Shown here in pieces: positions 14,939 through 29,925 of a stretch of DNA of 64,000 nucleotides (its first letter is position 1; each line of letters begins with the position of its first letter). The position numbers were made by a program, and so were the translations under genes. The notes under the pieces were generated by a model that did no database searches, had not been told where the DNA came from, and was given only the letters and a program-made list of their open reading frames with translations. Source of the stretch: the human T2T-CHM13v2.0 reference genome, Homo sapiens; the NCBI RefSeq assembly GCF_009914755.1, contig NC_060936.1. One strand, given 5' to 3'.

Positions 14939-17171
14939 GTAAGGTAGAGAAGGCTATTTTTGTCTACCTGGAATTTAATTGGTCTGGGACATCCCTAGAG
15001 TTTCCTGCAAGAGAAGAATACAAGTTGGGAAATGGAAAAAGTTCCCACTTCTCCCATTAAGCAATTGTATTACCCAGGATATACTTCTTAACCATTGTAA
15101 GTCTTATTCTTTCCATTTGTGTGATAACACCTATCAGAATAGGTGTAAAAATGGACTACTATTTTGTAAGATGCCAAATATAGTTTTCTGAGTTGCATTA
15201 TTCTCTCTTTTTAAGAGTGCCGCTTTCAGGAATAAGGTTTAAATTATAAGATTTGAGGGGAAACAAAACAATGTAGTTGATAAAGCTATAGGCATTTTCA
15301 GTGGCTGCCATCTTAAAGAAAAGTTAAGACAGATCAAGCCAATTGAAGTTGATCAATCAGAATTGGTGTCTGCTCAGGAGAGTAGAAGATGCTCTGTGTA
15401 TGCCTGTTGTCCCAGTCTCTGGGAGGTTTCTCTGTAGTGTTAGATAACTATCAGAGGCATAGGACCACAACTAGATATCTGTGCTCATATATAAGTTCTA
15501 GAAAACAAGCTGATTATACCAGAGTGTGGGAAAGGTTATTTTAAACCACTTGACTTATTTCTAAACAAAGATCTTTCTTCACTGTGGCTTGGACCCTTCA
15601 GCAACCCAAAGTGACGCAGATTTGATAGTTTACATTTGAGTACCCACAAGAACAATATGCTAAATAGGAAACTTAGTTTAAGGAAGTCAACAAATTAAGT
15701 GAAGTAGACATAAGCTTTTTTCCCTCCTTCTAGAAGCATAACATGTCACATTTATTCTCTTTTTAGCTTTAAATAACTGTTGAAATTCACCCCCTCCTGT
15801 AAAAAGAAAGAGATTTTTGGTTCCAGAGCAAATTGTCTTTTTTGACAATTGACTTTAAGATTTAGGCTAACATTTGAAACACTTCTCACCCATGAGTAAA
15901 GATCTGTTTTTGCCAGCAGCCTACTTTAAAGGGATTATCTCAGTGCATTGTTATAGGGGGAATATGCAGACATCTGAGTTTTAAAGCGCAAATAGATCTG
16001 TATTTTGAAACTAAATATTTGAATATCAGCTCTAACAGCTGTTCTAGATGACTGTAGTATGGTCAGTTTTTCCTGGGACTTGGCAAGAAAAGATGTGGAA
16101 AGCCCACATGCTCCATTTATGCATTGAAACCAAATATTTGGAAGTATTTAAAATGTTATGTTTCTATGCTTATTTGGTACCTTCTATGGTTATTTTTCTT
16201 ACGCTGTTTGTTTTGGGGTTTTTAAGTTCTCCATTTGAGACCTTAAATTCCAGAGACTGTTGGTTTGCCATTGTTAGAGCCCCCTGTTATTTAAATTATA
16301 CCCAAAATAGTAGCTCACACTGTTCAGATTCCTGACAAAAAAGGGTTTAAAATTCAGTGGCTACACATCAGTATATTTATGAGATGGATGATAGGTAATA
16401 AATATCAGTATATTGAGATTATCCCTTATTAGTATACTTCAGTTATAAGTAATATCGGAGCTAGAAGAAGCTTTAGAAAATGTTGAAGTAGCAAATACTC
16501 ATTCTGTGTTATAGAATATTTATTCTTCAAAAGATATATGAAAAGGATCAGTAATCCTGGAGCAGGTATCTCTGACCTAGTACCTGTTGTGAGTCAGTTG
16601 ATATAGCCATTATAAAATATGCACATTTAATGTGACTCTGGGCTATTATTGAAGTGCTCAGAAATTTAAATACTATTGAAAATAAGATTCTTGCCAACCC
16701 AGTTAGATAAGAATGTCTTCATGAGTTTCCAAAGTCAACTTTTAGCAAACATTTAGTCATTCATTCATCCAATCAGTCTGTCAGTCAGTGAATATTTATG
16801 GTCAATTGCTAGACATAATGCCCTGCATTATGTAATATTTTGGCAAATAATAGGCATTGTCTTTGCCTTCATGAAACTTCAGTTTTTTTAGGTGAGATAG
16901 GTAATAAATCAGTAAACAAATATATAATTCAAATTCCGTTAAGTGCTAGGAGAGAAAGAGCGCACTGATTGAGAATACTTAGTAAGAGAAATTTTCTGAA
17001 GGTCTCTCCTGAGATCTGAAAACAGAACGATTCAGCCATTTGAAAAACCGGGGGATAAAAAATTGGGGGATGAACATTTTGTGGAAGTTAAACAGTGTAT
17101 GAAAGACAGAGACCAAAACATAGAGTACTTTCTAGTGAGGGACCCACAACATAGCATAAAGAAAATCTCTC

Positions 17172-17530
<359 letters not shown>

Positions 17531-17797
17531 TTAATATCTGCTTGATTGTCCGACAAAAGACACAAAAGACAGTTTACTTCAATTGGGCAAGCCCATAAAG
17601 AATTGCCAGAATTTTAAAACAGTGACTGAAATAAAAGGATATGGAAAACTTATTGTACAGAAGAATCCAACTTTTAAAATAAACATTTTTTTCCTTTTTA
17701 TGAAAATAATATATGCTCATTGTATAATATCAAGGAAAAAGGCATATAAGCAATAAGAAAATACAAATTACCTGTAAACTCACCACTCAAAAGATAA

Positions 17798-18097
<300 letters not shown>

Positions 18098-18101
18098 TCT
18101 C

Positions 18102-18381
18102 TTTTTTAACTAAAGAACAGGGTCTTGTCTGTTGCCTAGGCTGGAATGCAGTGGTGTGATCATAGCTCACTGCAGCTTCGAACTCCTGGGCTCAAGCCGT
18201 CCTCCTGAGTAGCTGGGACTATGAGTGCAGGCCACCACACTCGGCTAATTGTTTTTTATTCTTTTAAGACGTGGGTCTTGCTATGTTGTTCAGGCTGGTC
18301 TTGAACTTGTAGCCTCAAGCAGTCTTCCTACCTCAGCCTCCCAAGTAGTTGAGATTACAGATGTAAGCTACTACACCAAGC
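18102..18381 (-). mobile_element. Alu (AluJ)
   Basis: Diverged antisense dimer with gtgatcatagctcactgcagc and ctgggctcaag. Confidence 0.85.
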
Positions 18382-18404
18382 ACTATTTGCCTTTTGGTGT
18401 GTAT

Positions 18405-18697
<293 letters not shown>

Positions 18698-19100
18698 TGG
18701 AGTATATCTTTTTAACTATTCTTCATTGTATAATATATAAACGAATATATATATACATTTTTACAAAAATGCAGTCATTTAATAATCTTAGTCTTTTTTC
18801 TTCACAATAAAAATTCATAGAGTAGGTTTTCAACATGTGTTTCTTTAAGCCACAAGGTTCCTAGCAGTGGCCTCTGGGAGTAATTGGACAGTGCTCCAAG
18901 TTCCTCCCTCTCACTTTAAATAAAGAGCACCAATTGTTCTTGCTATTGCTTTTCTTTAAATATAGGTTGTAATTAAGATTTAACTTGGGGGATAAAAAGG
19001 GTTCTTCAACCCAAAAGAAATTTTTGATGACCACCTTCTAACTTCTTGTGAAATAATACATACTTATAAGTATAAAGAGACCTATGAAAATAAAGAATAT

Positions 19101-19387
19101 GGCTGGGTGCAGTGGTGGCTCACGCCTGTAATGCTAGCACTTTGGGAGGCTGAGGCAGGAGCATGGCTTGAGCCCAGGAGTTTGAGACCAGCCTGGGCAA
19201 CATAGTGAGACCTGATCTCTACAAAAAATAAAAAAAGATAAAAATTATCCAGGTATTGTGGCATGTGCCTGTAGTCCTAGCTACTTGGGAGGCTGAGGTG
19301 GGAGGATCACTTGAGCCCAGAAGGTTAAGGCTGCATTACCGCATTCCCGCCTGGGTAACAGCGTCTCAGGAAAAAAAAAAAAAAAAA
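19101..19387 (+). mobile_element. Alu (AluJ)
   Basis: Sense dimer with ttgagcccaggagtttgagacc and poly(A). Confidence 0.88.
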
Positions 19388-21429
19388 GAGGAGGAGGAAT
19401 ACTCATAAGTATATAATATATAAGTATATATAAAATATATAAAATACTTATATATTATATACTTAGAGTATTCCTTCATAAGGAAAGATGTATCAACCTT
19501 TAACAAATCTCCCTTTTGAAGACACTTAGATTGTTTGCAGTTGCTTGCTGTTTTAAATTCTAATGATTTTTCTTACAAAGTCTTTCTAGGTACATTCCTG
19601 AAATTGGTGGGCCAGCGGGTTTCAAAGTTTCAGGTGTTTTTATATATGTTGCCAAATTTACCTTCAGAAAAATATTGTTGGTTTATACCTTTTCAAACCC
19701 TGGGCATTTCACTTTTTAAAATCTTTGCCTGTTTCACAGCTTTACAGTTACAGAAAATGCAAACATTTGGTTTTAAACTGTTTTAGTTATTTTTATGACC
19801 ACTTTCATTTACAGTTCACCAAAAATAGAAAATTAATGACTAGGTTTTTCTTGAGGTTTAGCAAATTAGTGCAATTTGTTCATTTTAGATTCATGCCTCA
19901 GTGTTAAATTCGTGCCTGCCTGCTGATGCCATCAGCAGATTAATTTGGAGTTTGCTTTCCATTCAGTGGGAAATGTAGCTAGCCTTATTTCCACATGTGG
20001 AATCAGCCTCTGTCTCCCTTTCCTAAAGCTAGTGTGTTTTAAAAAGCCAATTGATTTATTTAGCAGGATATAAAGTCAGTTTTAGAAAAGTTAATTGAAA
20101 TGGTCTTGTCTTCCTCCTGTTTTAACACTTTTCTAAATATCTCTGTTGATGGAAGAGAGCATGTTATTCTAGGGACTGTAAGGGGTCCCTAGAATGAAGA
20201 CCACATTCCCTTCTCCCGTGCTTCCAAGGTATCAGTGAAACGTAATAAGAAAGTACAGACCAGCAGACATGTTAGAAACAGACAACCCAGTGCACACAGA
20301 GAAGTACAAGTATCTGAGTAGTCAAAGGATACCATTTAAATGAGATAAAACAGTGAGTGTCCATAGAAGTTAATTAGGAATGTCACAAAAGAGGTTAGTT
20401 CCATGCTTATTTTAAAGACTTTGAAGGAAATATGCAGTAGTAGAATCTGTCATTAAGATGTGAAAGCTATATAAAGAGATCCCAAAGAATTTCCTGAGTT
20501 TTTTTCTCCATTTTAATGTTACCTCATTTCGATTTTCACTATCACAACCAAGCCTGCTTGCTGTCTTTCTCTTCCTTTGCCCTTCATCCTTAGGGACTTC
20601 TTTTCTCTCTCAGCCTTTGAAGGTGGTATCATTTCAGGAGGAGAGAATATTGATGCCCTGAAAATATCAAAACTAAATCAGGAAACAATTAGTAAACAGT
20701 TGTATAAGCTGTGTTTGTATAATGCTATGGAAAAAGCAATTGCATTTCTTTGCTGGCATCTTTGTGAGACAGGAGCATTAACCCAATTTGACAAATGAGG
20801 ACAGTGAAGATCAGAGAGTTTAAATTACTTAAGGAAAGTCACACAGTAGAATAACCAACAGTAGAAAATAGTGTCTACTTTAAGCTTTGTTAAGACTTCT
20901 TAAATGATAGCACTCATCTAACGGATATTTATGGAGACATAGACTAATGGAATAGAATAAATAGAGTTGATACAGTCACTGACTTACAGGTAACATTGAA
21001 GTGCAGTAGTGAAAGAATGGGCTTTTTAATAAATGGGGCTTTATCAATTGTATGGCCATATGGGAAAAAAGTGAATTTGAATCCCCATCTTATACCATAC
21101 ACAAAAAATTAATTTGAGATGGATAAGAGACCTAAATATACAAGGTAAATAATAAAGCTTACTGAAGAGTATCTTCATGACTTTATCTCATGCAAGTCAA
21201 ACATTTCTTATATGAGCAAAGATTTCTAAAACAGGGCAAAATAAGGATAAAATTATTAATTAAAGAAATGACATCGATTTTCATTAAAGTGAATTCATCA
21301 AAAGAAGCAAAAAGACAAGACACCAGGAGGAGAAGATATGTGCAATGACTCTCTTCAGAATACACTAAAAAGTCCTACAAACCCATAAAAATAAAAATCA
21401 GACACCCCAATAGAAAAATAAGCAAAGGG

Positions 21430-21716
21430 CGTTCAGGTGCGGTGGCTCACGCCTGTAATCCCAGCACTTTGGGAGCCTGAGGCAGGCAGATCACGAGGTC
21501 AGGAGATCGAGACCATCCTGGCTAACACAGTGAAACCCCATCTCTACTAAAAATACAAAAAATTAGCCGGCTGTGGTGGCGGGTGCCTGTAGTCCCAGCT
21601 ACTCAGGAGGCTGAGGCAGGACAATGGCGTGAATCCGGGAGGCGGAGCTTGCAGCGAGCCAAGATCGTGCCACTGCACTTCAGCCTGGGCGACAGACCGA
21701 GACTCCATCTCAAAAA

Positions 21717-21749
<33 letters not shown>

Positions 21750-21750
21750 A
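21430..21750 (+). mobile_element. AluY inside L1
   Basis: Y diagnostics, long A tail, TSD aagcaaaggg. Confidence 0.92.
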
Positions 21751-22196
21751 AAAGCAAAGGGCTTGAACAGGAACTTCACAAAAGAGATATCCAAATGAGT
21801 AATAAACATATGAAAAGGTGTTCAACTTTATTAGTCACCATAAACATGCATACTACAACCAAGAAATCACTACACATCCGTGAGAATGACTAAAATGAAA
21901 AAGGCTGACTCTAACAAGTATTGGTGTCCCTGTAGAGCAACTGGTGGGGTATAAATTGGTATAAGTACTTTGAAACACTGTTCAGCAGTACCTGGTAAAG
22001 ATTGACATATGGATATAACCTGTGAGTCAGCATCTCCTCTCTAGGGTGTATACCTGTAGATATCAAATGACATGTAAAAATTGTGTTCACATCAGCACTT
22101 TTCAAGATAGCCCCAAGCTGGAAACAATCCAAGTGTCATCAGGAGTACAGCAGATAAGTAAATTGTGGCATATTCATACATTGGAATACTATATAG

Positions 22197-22415
22197 CAGT
22201 GCTTTCTTAACCTACCTGTAGGTGAGGAACCAGATTTTTTTCCCTAAAAATCTGTCAGGATGAAACTCTTGTGTAATACAATATTACATACAACGCCAAA
22301 CTGCTCAAAAGTTTCTAAATGTTCACACATACCTTCTGTACTCATGGTGTTGCAGGCCAGTGATGAACAGGGTGGGGACCAGCAGTGGTACACAAACATA
22401 CTTCAAATAGCACTG
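22197..22415. mobile_element. hAT-Charlie MITE (subfamily uncertain) inside L1
   Basis: Ends cagtgctttctt ... aaatagcactg; resembles 8097-8359. Confidence 0.5.
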
Positions 22416-23318
22416 CTCTCAAACAATGACAAAGAACAGACTGCAACTACACAGAGTAGTGTGAATGAATCTCACAAGCCAACACAAGAGTCTGTATTTT
22501 ATGATTCCATACGTGTAAAGTTCAGTAGCAACCAAAATACTAACCTGTGACATTAACAAGTTAGAATTACCCTTGAGGAGCAGAAGATGGTCATTTGTAG
22601 GGGGTATGGAAAGAATTCTGGGATTCTTAATCTTGGCATTGCATGATTTTTATGTTGGCTATATGGGTATGCTCATTTTGTCAAAATTTAGCTGTGTGCT
22701 TATGATTTGTGCACTTTTCTGTATGTACATTATACTTAACATTTACATTAAAATTTATTGATGACCTATTAAACACACACCCTCTTTCCTCATTAAGGTA
22801 GTAGATTAGTGGAGGAAACAAAGTGTATGCAAGTAAACAAATGTGAAATTACAAATTATGATTTCATGAGAGAAAAAAGAGTCTTCTCGGAGAAGATACT
22901 TTAGCTGAAACCTGGAGTATGCAAAGGAACCAGCGATGCAAAGAGCAGAGGCAAACAATCCAGGGATTTTGGTAGTTGTTTTGAGTAGAGAAATAGAGCT
23001 AATTTAGTGGATTTAGAGTAAAAGAGGACATTGTAGACATCGGGTACAACTTGGGAGTTGATGTTATCAAAACTGGAAAAGGTAAAAAGTAGAATTTTGG
23101 TTTGCAGCTGCAAATAATGGAAAGACCAAATGGATAGATTTCCAAAAGTCTGTCAACATCAGCATGAAAAGAGAAAGATTATTATATCTAAAATAAAGGA
23201 AAATATAATTTAAAGGGAAGTGTATTCCCTAGTTAATTTTTAAAACTAAGGGAAATATGATCTTATCAAGAGTTAAGTAATGAATGCATTTCACATAGGT
23301 ATTTAACATATGAGATAA

Positions 23319-23619
<301 letters not shown>

Positions 23620-24247
23620 CGTATGAGAGAATTTTTATTCAGGCGTTTGAGATGGATAGTGAATGGGACAACATTCATTCCAACCCTTCCAGTCTCAGTG
23701 TCTCTGTCATTCCAGTAGTCCTCTTTGTTTTTCCCCTTTCCCCCTACAATGATTTATCATTTGTTTCAGCTCTATCAGTCTTGCTTTTTGTTCCCTTCCT
23801 CTGTTACCCTTCCCCCAACCTTCAAATGTTATATTGAAAGCATTAAAGCACTTTTATGCATATCATCTTCTTTAATCCTTTGTAACCCTGACAGAACCCT
23901 CCAGTATTTGGAGATTCATGTGGGGAAACTGAGGCTCAGAGAAACTATACGACTTGTCTAAAGTGCCAATCTGGAGTCCTGACCCCAAGTGCAGTGCCTT
24001 TATTTCAGTTAGGCCACTGAGGCCCTCTTCTCATCCAGCTCTATACATGATGATGTTATATTTAAAATGTTATGGTCCACATTATGAGTTGTGAAAGTGT
24101 GCCCTAATTGCTTGCTAGATTTTAGGAGAGACATCTTCCTAGAAGGGTTATGTGAGTTCTATATATGAATATAGGATGTATGTGTATAATTTATGAAAAT
24201 ATATCACTTCACATGGACTTGAAATCGATGATATATTAAGAAGTTTT

Positions 24248-24560
<313 letters not shown>

Positions 24561-25360
24561 GTTTTATAATTTTTTAGTAGTTTTTGAGGTAGTTGGAGTC
24601 TTCCTGAAATATGGCATATCCAGGCTCTCTATCACAATTGTCTCTAATTTCATGTGTCTTCTTAATTATTTAAAATCTGGAAGAAGAAAGATATGACTTT
24701 GATGCAGATAATTAAAGCAGGTGTAATGGCCCAAGATCTCACTAAAAATGAAGAAGTAAACCAAATGAGTATTCAGGGCTTAGTTTATTTCCTACTGTTT
24801 GCCTTCTTGCCTCTAACTCCCTGTGTCTCTTTAATACCACTGCCAATGAGTAAACATTGGAGATCACTTGTATTTCATTACTTGCTGGTAGTTCTGGGGG
24901 AATTAGGATATTAAGATTGATTAAAATGAAGTTCGTGGATTTATTGCTTTGAAAGTTAAGAGATGAGACATTTTTATTAAGGGTGTACAACCAGTCTCTG
25001 AAATAACCTGGTAACATCACATCTGTTGAAACTTTTATAATGGTTAGTAAACTGCAACAGTGCACCATAGAAAAAACGAATTTAGGCTTTTTGGAAATGA
25101 AAAAAAGTCTCTAGCGGAATTGAATCTTAAGAAGGTAAATGAGAGTGGCTAGGTCAGCATTTCTAGAAGTGGTTATGGTTGTTCATAAGAGATAGTGACT
25201 ATTAGTATTGCCTCAGGAATTCTTCCTAGGATATTCTGCCATCTAAAATGTATGGTATAAGAATGCTTGTTTGGGGTGGGCAAGAGATGTAGTAAAGTAG
25301 CAGACCCCACTGTTCAGGCATTCAACCCCCAATGTTTCCTCTCTTTTTTATTTGCCATAG

Positions 25361-25455
25361 AGTGATTCTCATCAGTTCCGTGTAATGGCAGCTGTCCTTC
25401 GTCATTGTTTACTAATCGTAGGTCCAACTGAAGACAAAACAGAAGAGCTACACAG
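25361..25455 (+). CDS. RIC8B: RIC8B coding exon (exon 4), 95 nt, phase 0-2: [31 protein letters not shown](S)
   Basis: Acceptor ctctttttta tttgccatag|AGT, donor CAG|gtgggt. Continues the frame of the previous exon. LRHCLL and EELH are Ric-8 motifs. Confidence 0.95.
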
Positions 25456-25744
25456 GTGGGTAAGCTCTGTATTGATATCCCAATGAAGGACATCATCAGT
25501 TGTTCTTGGTTTTATGCATCTAATTTCAATTGTTATAAGCACAAGAAAGTGAAAATACTACAGTAAATCAGGTAACTGGTAGGTCAGAAATCATTATCAT
25601 GGAAATCATTACTATGCCCTGATGAGAAATTTTTATTCTGCCCCCTTTCACTTTGTTATATTGAGGCTCAACAGGAGAAGAGAATTTGGCATTTGTTGCA
25701 AATGCCACAAATAGTTACTGTTCTTGGTTTTATCCAGAACAACA

Positions 25745-25970
25745 ATAATAGTACACAGTTATTGAACACTTAACTCTGTGGCATTGTGCTAAGTGCTTTA
25801 TAACGATAACTTCTTTAATCACCATGCCAACATTATAAGGTAGATTCTGCAATTTTTCCCTTTTACTAGTTGAGGAAACTGATGCATAGAAAGATCAAGC
25901 AATTTCTCTGAGATTATACAGCCCTAACAAGTGAAAGAGCTGGGATTTAAACCCTGCTTTTAATTACTAC
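25745..25970 (-). mobile_element. MIR
   Basis: tattgaacacttaac...gcattgtgctaagtgcttta...ttgaggaaactgatgcatagaaag...gagctgggatttaaaccc. Confidence 0.7.
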
Positions 25971-26072
25971 ACTTAACTAGTACTCTCACTAATTTCATTT
26001 GAAGAGTACTTACCAAAAAGTATATATTTTGGCAATGATAGTTTTATTTTTTAAAAAAACTTGTAAGAATTA

Positions 26073-26420
<348 letters not shown>

Positions 26421-26441
26421 TAAAATATATAAAATAGTTCA

Positions 26442-26720
26442 GCTGGGTGCTGTGGCTCATGCCTGTAATACTAGCACTTTGGGAGGCTGAGGCGGGCAGA
26501 TCACTTGAGTTGAGCCTGGGCAACATGGCAAAACCCTATCTCTACTAAAAATACAAAAATTAGCTGGATGTGGTGGCGCACGCCTGTAGACCCAGCTACT
26601 TGGGAGGCTGAGGTGGGAGAATCTCTTGAACCTCAGGAGGTGAAGGTTGCCATGAGCCGAAATTCCGCCACTGTACTCCAGCCTGGGTGACAAAGCGAGA
26701 CCCTGTCTCAAATAAATAAA
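26442..26720 (+). mobile_element. Alu (AluJ/S, short internal deletion)
   Basis: Sense dimer; TSD ataaaatagttca. Confidence 0.9.
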
Positions 26721-29254
26721 TAAAATAGTTCAAATTTTGCGACTTGTCCGTTAGAACTATTAACGGACTGCTGTAAAAATTTATTGTACTCTGAGAACAA
26801 CTGAATAAGAATTAATGCATTTTTCCAGTTCTCTTTCCATTCTGGATCAGATTTACAATAACAAGAGTTCTGACTTCATCATGATGCTACTCATGATGCT
26901 TTATTCTATATGAATACAAATGGCATTTTAAACAATTCAAATAAACTCATATCTGCAAACAAATTACTTTGGCATTAACTCTACAAAGAATTTAACATAG
27001 GGTTGTTCTTAATAGTAGAAATTCCTTTTTGAACACTTAAAATATTCAGTTTTCCAAAATACGGCTTAAATAAAACTATAGAAACACAGCCACAGTATAA
27101 AGTGAAACATATGCTTAATTGTTATTTTTCAATTAAATCCATATTATTTTAGTTATGATCAGCAACTTATTATTTGATATTGTACTGAATTTGCTGGTAG
27201 GTTATCTCAGTGTACTCCCTGCCCTGCAGCCTGTCAAAAGACTGTTTTTCTTGATTAAAAAATGTAATTGTTTTTCTGTAGCTACAAATCAAACATTCCT
27301 TTAGTTTTCTTAAGACAGTACCTTTAAAAAAAGTCAGATTAACTGCAATAAATCATATCCTAACAAGATTTTATTAAACATTTTGACCCACTGTAATTTT
27401 TTTCGTAATTAAGAGACACTAGAAATTTAGACCCTAAAACTAAAAGAAAATGCTCTTATAAGCCCAAGAGTAAATTGATTTTTTTTAAGAAGTCAGATAT
27501 CACAAGTTAAATAATCATACAAGGATGTGAAAGGAAGGCACTTTGACCAAAATTGCTATACTAGTCACAAATACATTGCCAAAGATTTCTCCGAATAATG
27601 AATTTAATATCTTGACGCAGCACCCAGTATTTGTTGAAAGAGAGCAAAACTATGTAATAGAGGTTTTTAAAATAAAATTTTTTTAAAGAAGTCGTATTTA
27701 TTTTCCTTAGTGATGCTAGCTTTTTTCCTTAAATTTGCTTTTGTCTTAAAAGTTATTTTGATAAAAACCTATCGGCTTCACTGTAAATAAGGAGCATGCC
27801 TAGAGCCACAGACAGGATTTATGAGTATTTCTCAGAGGCTTTCCTGGGAGATTGAGGTTGCTGCTGACTTAACAGTTTATCTGGAATGGCCTTGCATGTT
27901 CCTTTAATCAGAATTAGAGTGATTAGTATCATTTTGAGCAGTAATGACTCCAGGCTAATCCATTTAAATTCAATGAAAATGGCACTAACCTCAAAGTGCT
28001 ATTTTAGGAAGCTTCTGTAGTGATCCTGAAAACAATTTTTCTCTGTGTGTGTGTTTTAAGCATAAAAATTTTTTTAAAGGATTTCAAAGTAACATCTCAA
28101 ATTCCATTTTTGAAAGTTATTTTCTAAGTTTGTTTTTGCTTTTTTTTGGACACTTTGATTTGCTTTAAAGAAAAGTTTAATGAAATAGGTAACCCTGGGT
28201 AGCACAGTGTATGGTTGTGCGTTATCATCAAACCCAAAGAGTTGTGATGGTGATTAAATGAGAGGTTCATAAAGCACCTCTTCCCTGGCAATGAGAAAAT
28301 ACTCAGTAAATGGCACTTGCTGCCGCTGCTGCCACCACTGCCACTGTGCCACTGATGTGCTACTTCTATTAGTATTATGATAAACATACTGGATTTTAGA
28401 ATATTTAGTTATTTTAAATCTTTTTTTAAAAGTTGTTTGTTGATTTTGATACGCTGTTTAGGAACTTATGCCTATGTTCATCCTGTGATCATGTAAAGAC
28501 ATCTTTTTTCTTTTAATCCAAGTGTTTCTGAAGCCAGATAAGTTCTATGATATATGCATGTTAGGAGCCTATAAAGGTGCTTTAGGAGAAAAGTAGGTTA
28601 AAAAAAATAGCCTGGCAGCTTTTTCTGATACGTTGTCTTTGTAAGACAGTGCAGTTTTTTCAGAGAAGTCAAGAGGACATGGACATAGAGATGAAATGAG
28701 TTAGCTCGTAAAGACAGCAGACCTTGACCTTCATTTCCACTAATCAACATTTTATATGGCTTTTAAAATCTATTCTTTCATTTCCTTTTGTCTGTACTTA
28801 ATGGTAACAGGTAGGTTGTTGGTATGATCCACCTTTTTTGCTCCACTGAAGGACATCCTAATTCTGTTCATTTCTATGTGCCTGAAAGTATTTTCAGCAC
28901 TCCAGTCCATAATCAACAAGCTTATGCATAAATACTTAGCCCAAAAAAGTTGGCATGTGGTTGTGGTTTTATTTTATTTTGGAGAGAAGGGAAGAAATCA
29001 GGATGGCCTATATGCTGATGAGAGGAGGGGAGGACCAGATTTGATTTAATTTATTTTAGGCTCTCAATCTCGTTTTCTTTTACTCACTGAGTACATTGGT
29101 ATTTATAAAGCTTTTTGTTACTGTTTCTTTGTTTAGACTAATTCACTTTGTCTCACATATTGAAGGGGACAATATAGTACATAATACAGTACCTAATAAC
29201 ACCTTATTACAGTGCTAAATACAATGCCTTAAACATGGCAGTCTTTTTTTCTTT

Positions 29255-29925
29255 CAGTTTTTTTTATAGTGGTAAAATACAGTTATAAAATTTGCTATCT
29301 TTTAAGTGTACAATTTGGTGGTTCTATTTATAATGTGCAACCATCACCACCATCCTTCTCCGTAACTCTTTTCATTTATTCATTAAGATGGCTCCATCTT
29401 CTCCACTGCACACAGAGGTGTTTTTCAAAAAGCAAATGCCTGCTTTAAATCTTGTCATGGCTCCTCTTTGTCTTAAGGAATAAGAGAAAACTTTTTGGCA
29501 GCAGGATTGGTGGGGGATCATTGTGCAAGTATTTATGATCTGTAGTCTCATGTGGAAAATCTGTTTCTCCTGATTAGTTCTCTCTTTCATCCTGTATATA
29601 TGATTCTACCAAACCTTTGAATATATATATGTGAGAGTTTATTTCTGAGCTCTCTATTCTATTTCATTTGTCTGTATGGCTTCAGGCCAGTAACACACTG
29701 TTTTGGTTACTGTAGCTTTATAGTAAGTTTTGAAATGAGTAAGTGTGAGTTCTCCAGCTTTGTTCTTTTTCAAGATTATTTTGACTATTCAGAGTCCCTT
29801 GAGATTCCATATGAATTTTAAAGTGGGTTTTTCTATTTCTAAAAAAGAGTGTCATGGGGATTTTCATAAGGATTGCGTTGAACCTATAGAATGCTTTGGG
29901 TTGTATTAACATTTTAACAATACTG
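29255..29925 (-). mobile_element. L1M fragments (3' end 29255-29375; ORF2 piece 29625-29925) separated by a non-L1 insert
   Basis: Track ORF 29718-29912 (KAFYRFNAILMKIPMTLFF) is L1 ORF2. The 3' end reads ttttaagtgtacaatttggtgg...tgtgcaaccatcaccacc. Confidence 0.75.

Larger units (their letters stand above)
20930..22760 (+). mobile_element. Old L1 (L1M) ORF2 end and 3' UTR, interrupted by AluY and a hAT MITE
   Basis: ccatacacaaaaaattaatttgagatggata, ttgaacaggaacttcacaaaagag, aagctggaaacaatccaagtgtc, tatgattccat and tatgtacattatactt are L1M motifs. Confidence 0.75.
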
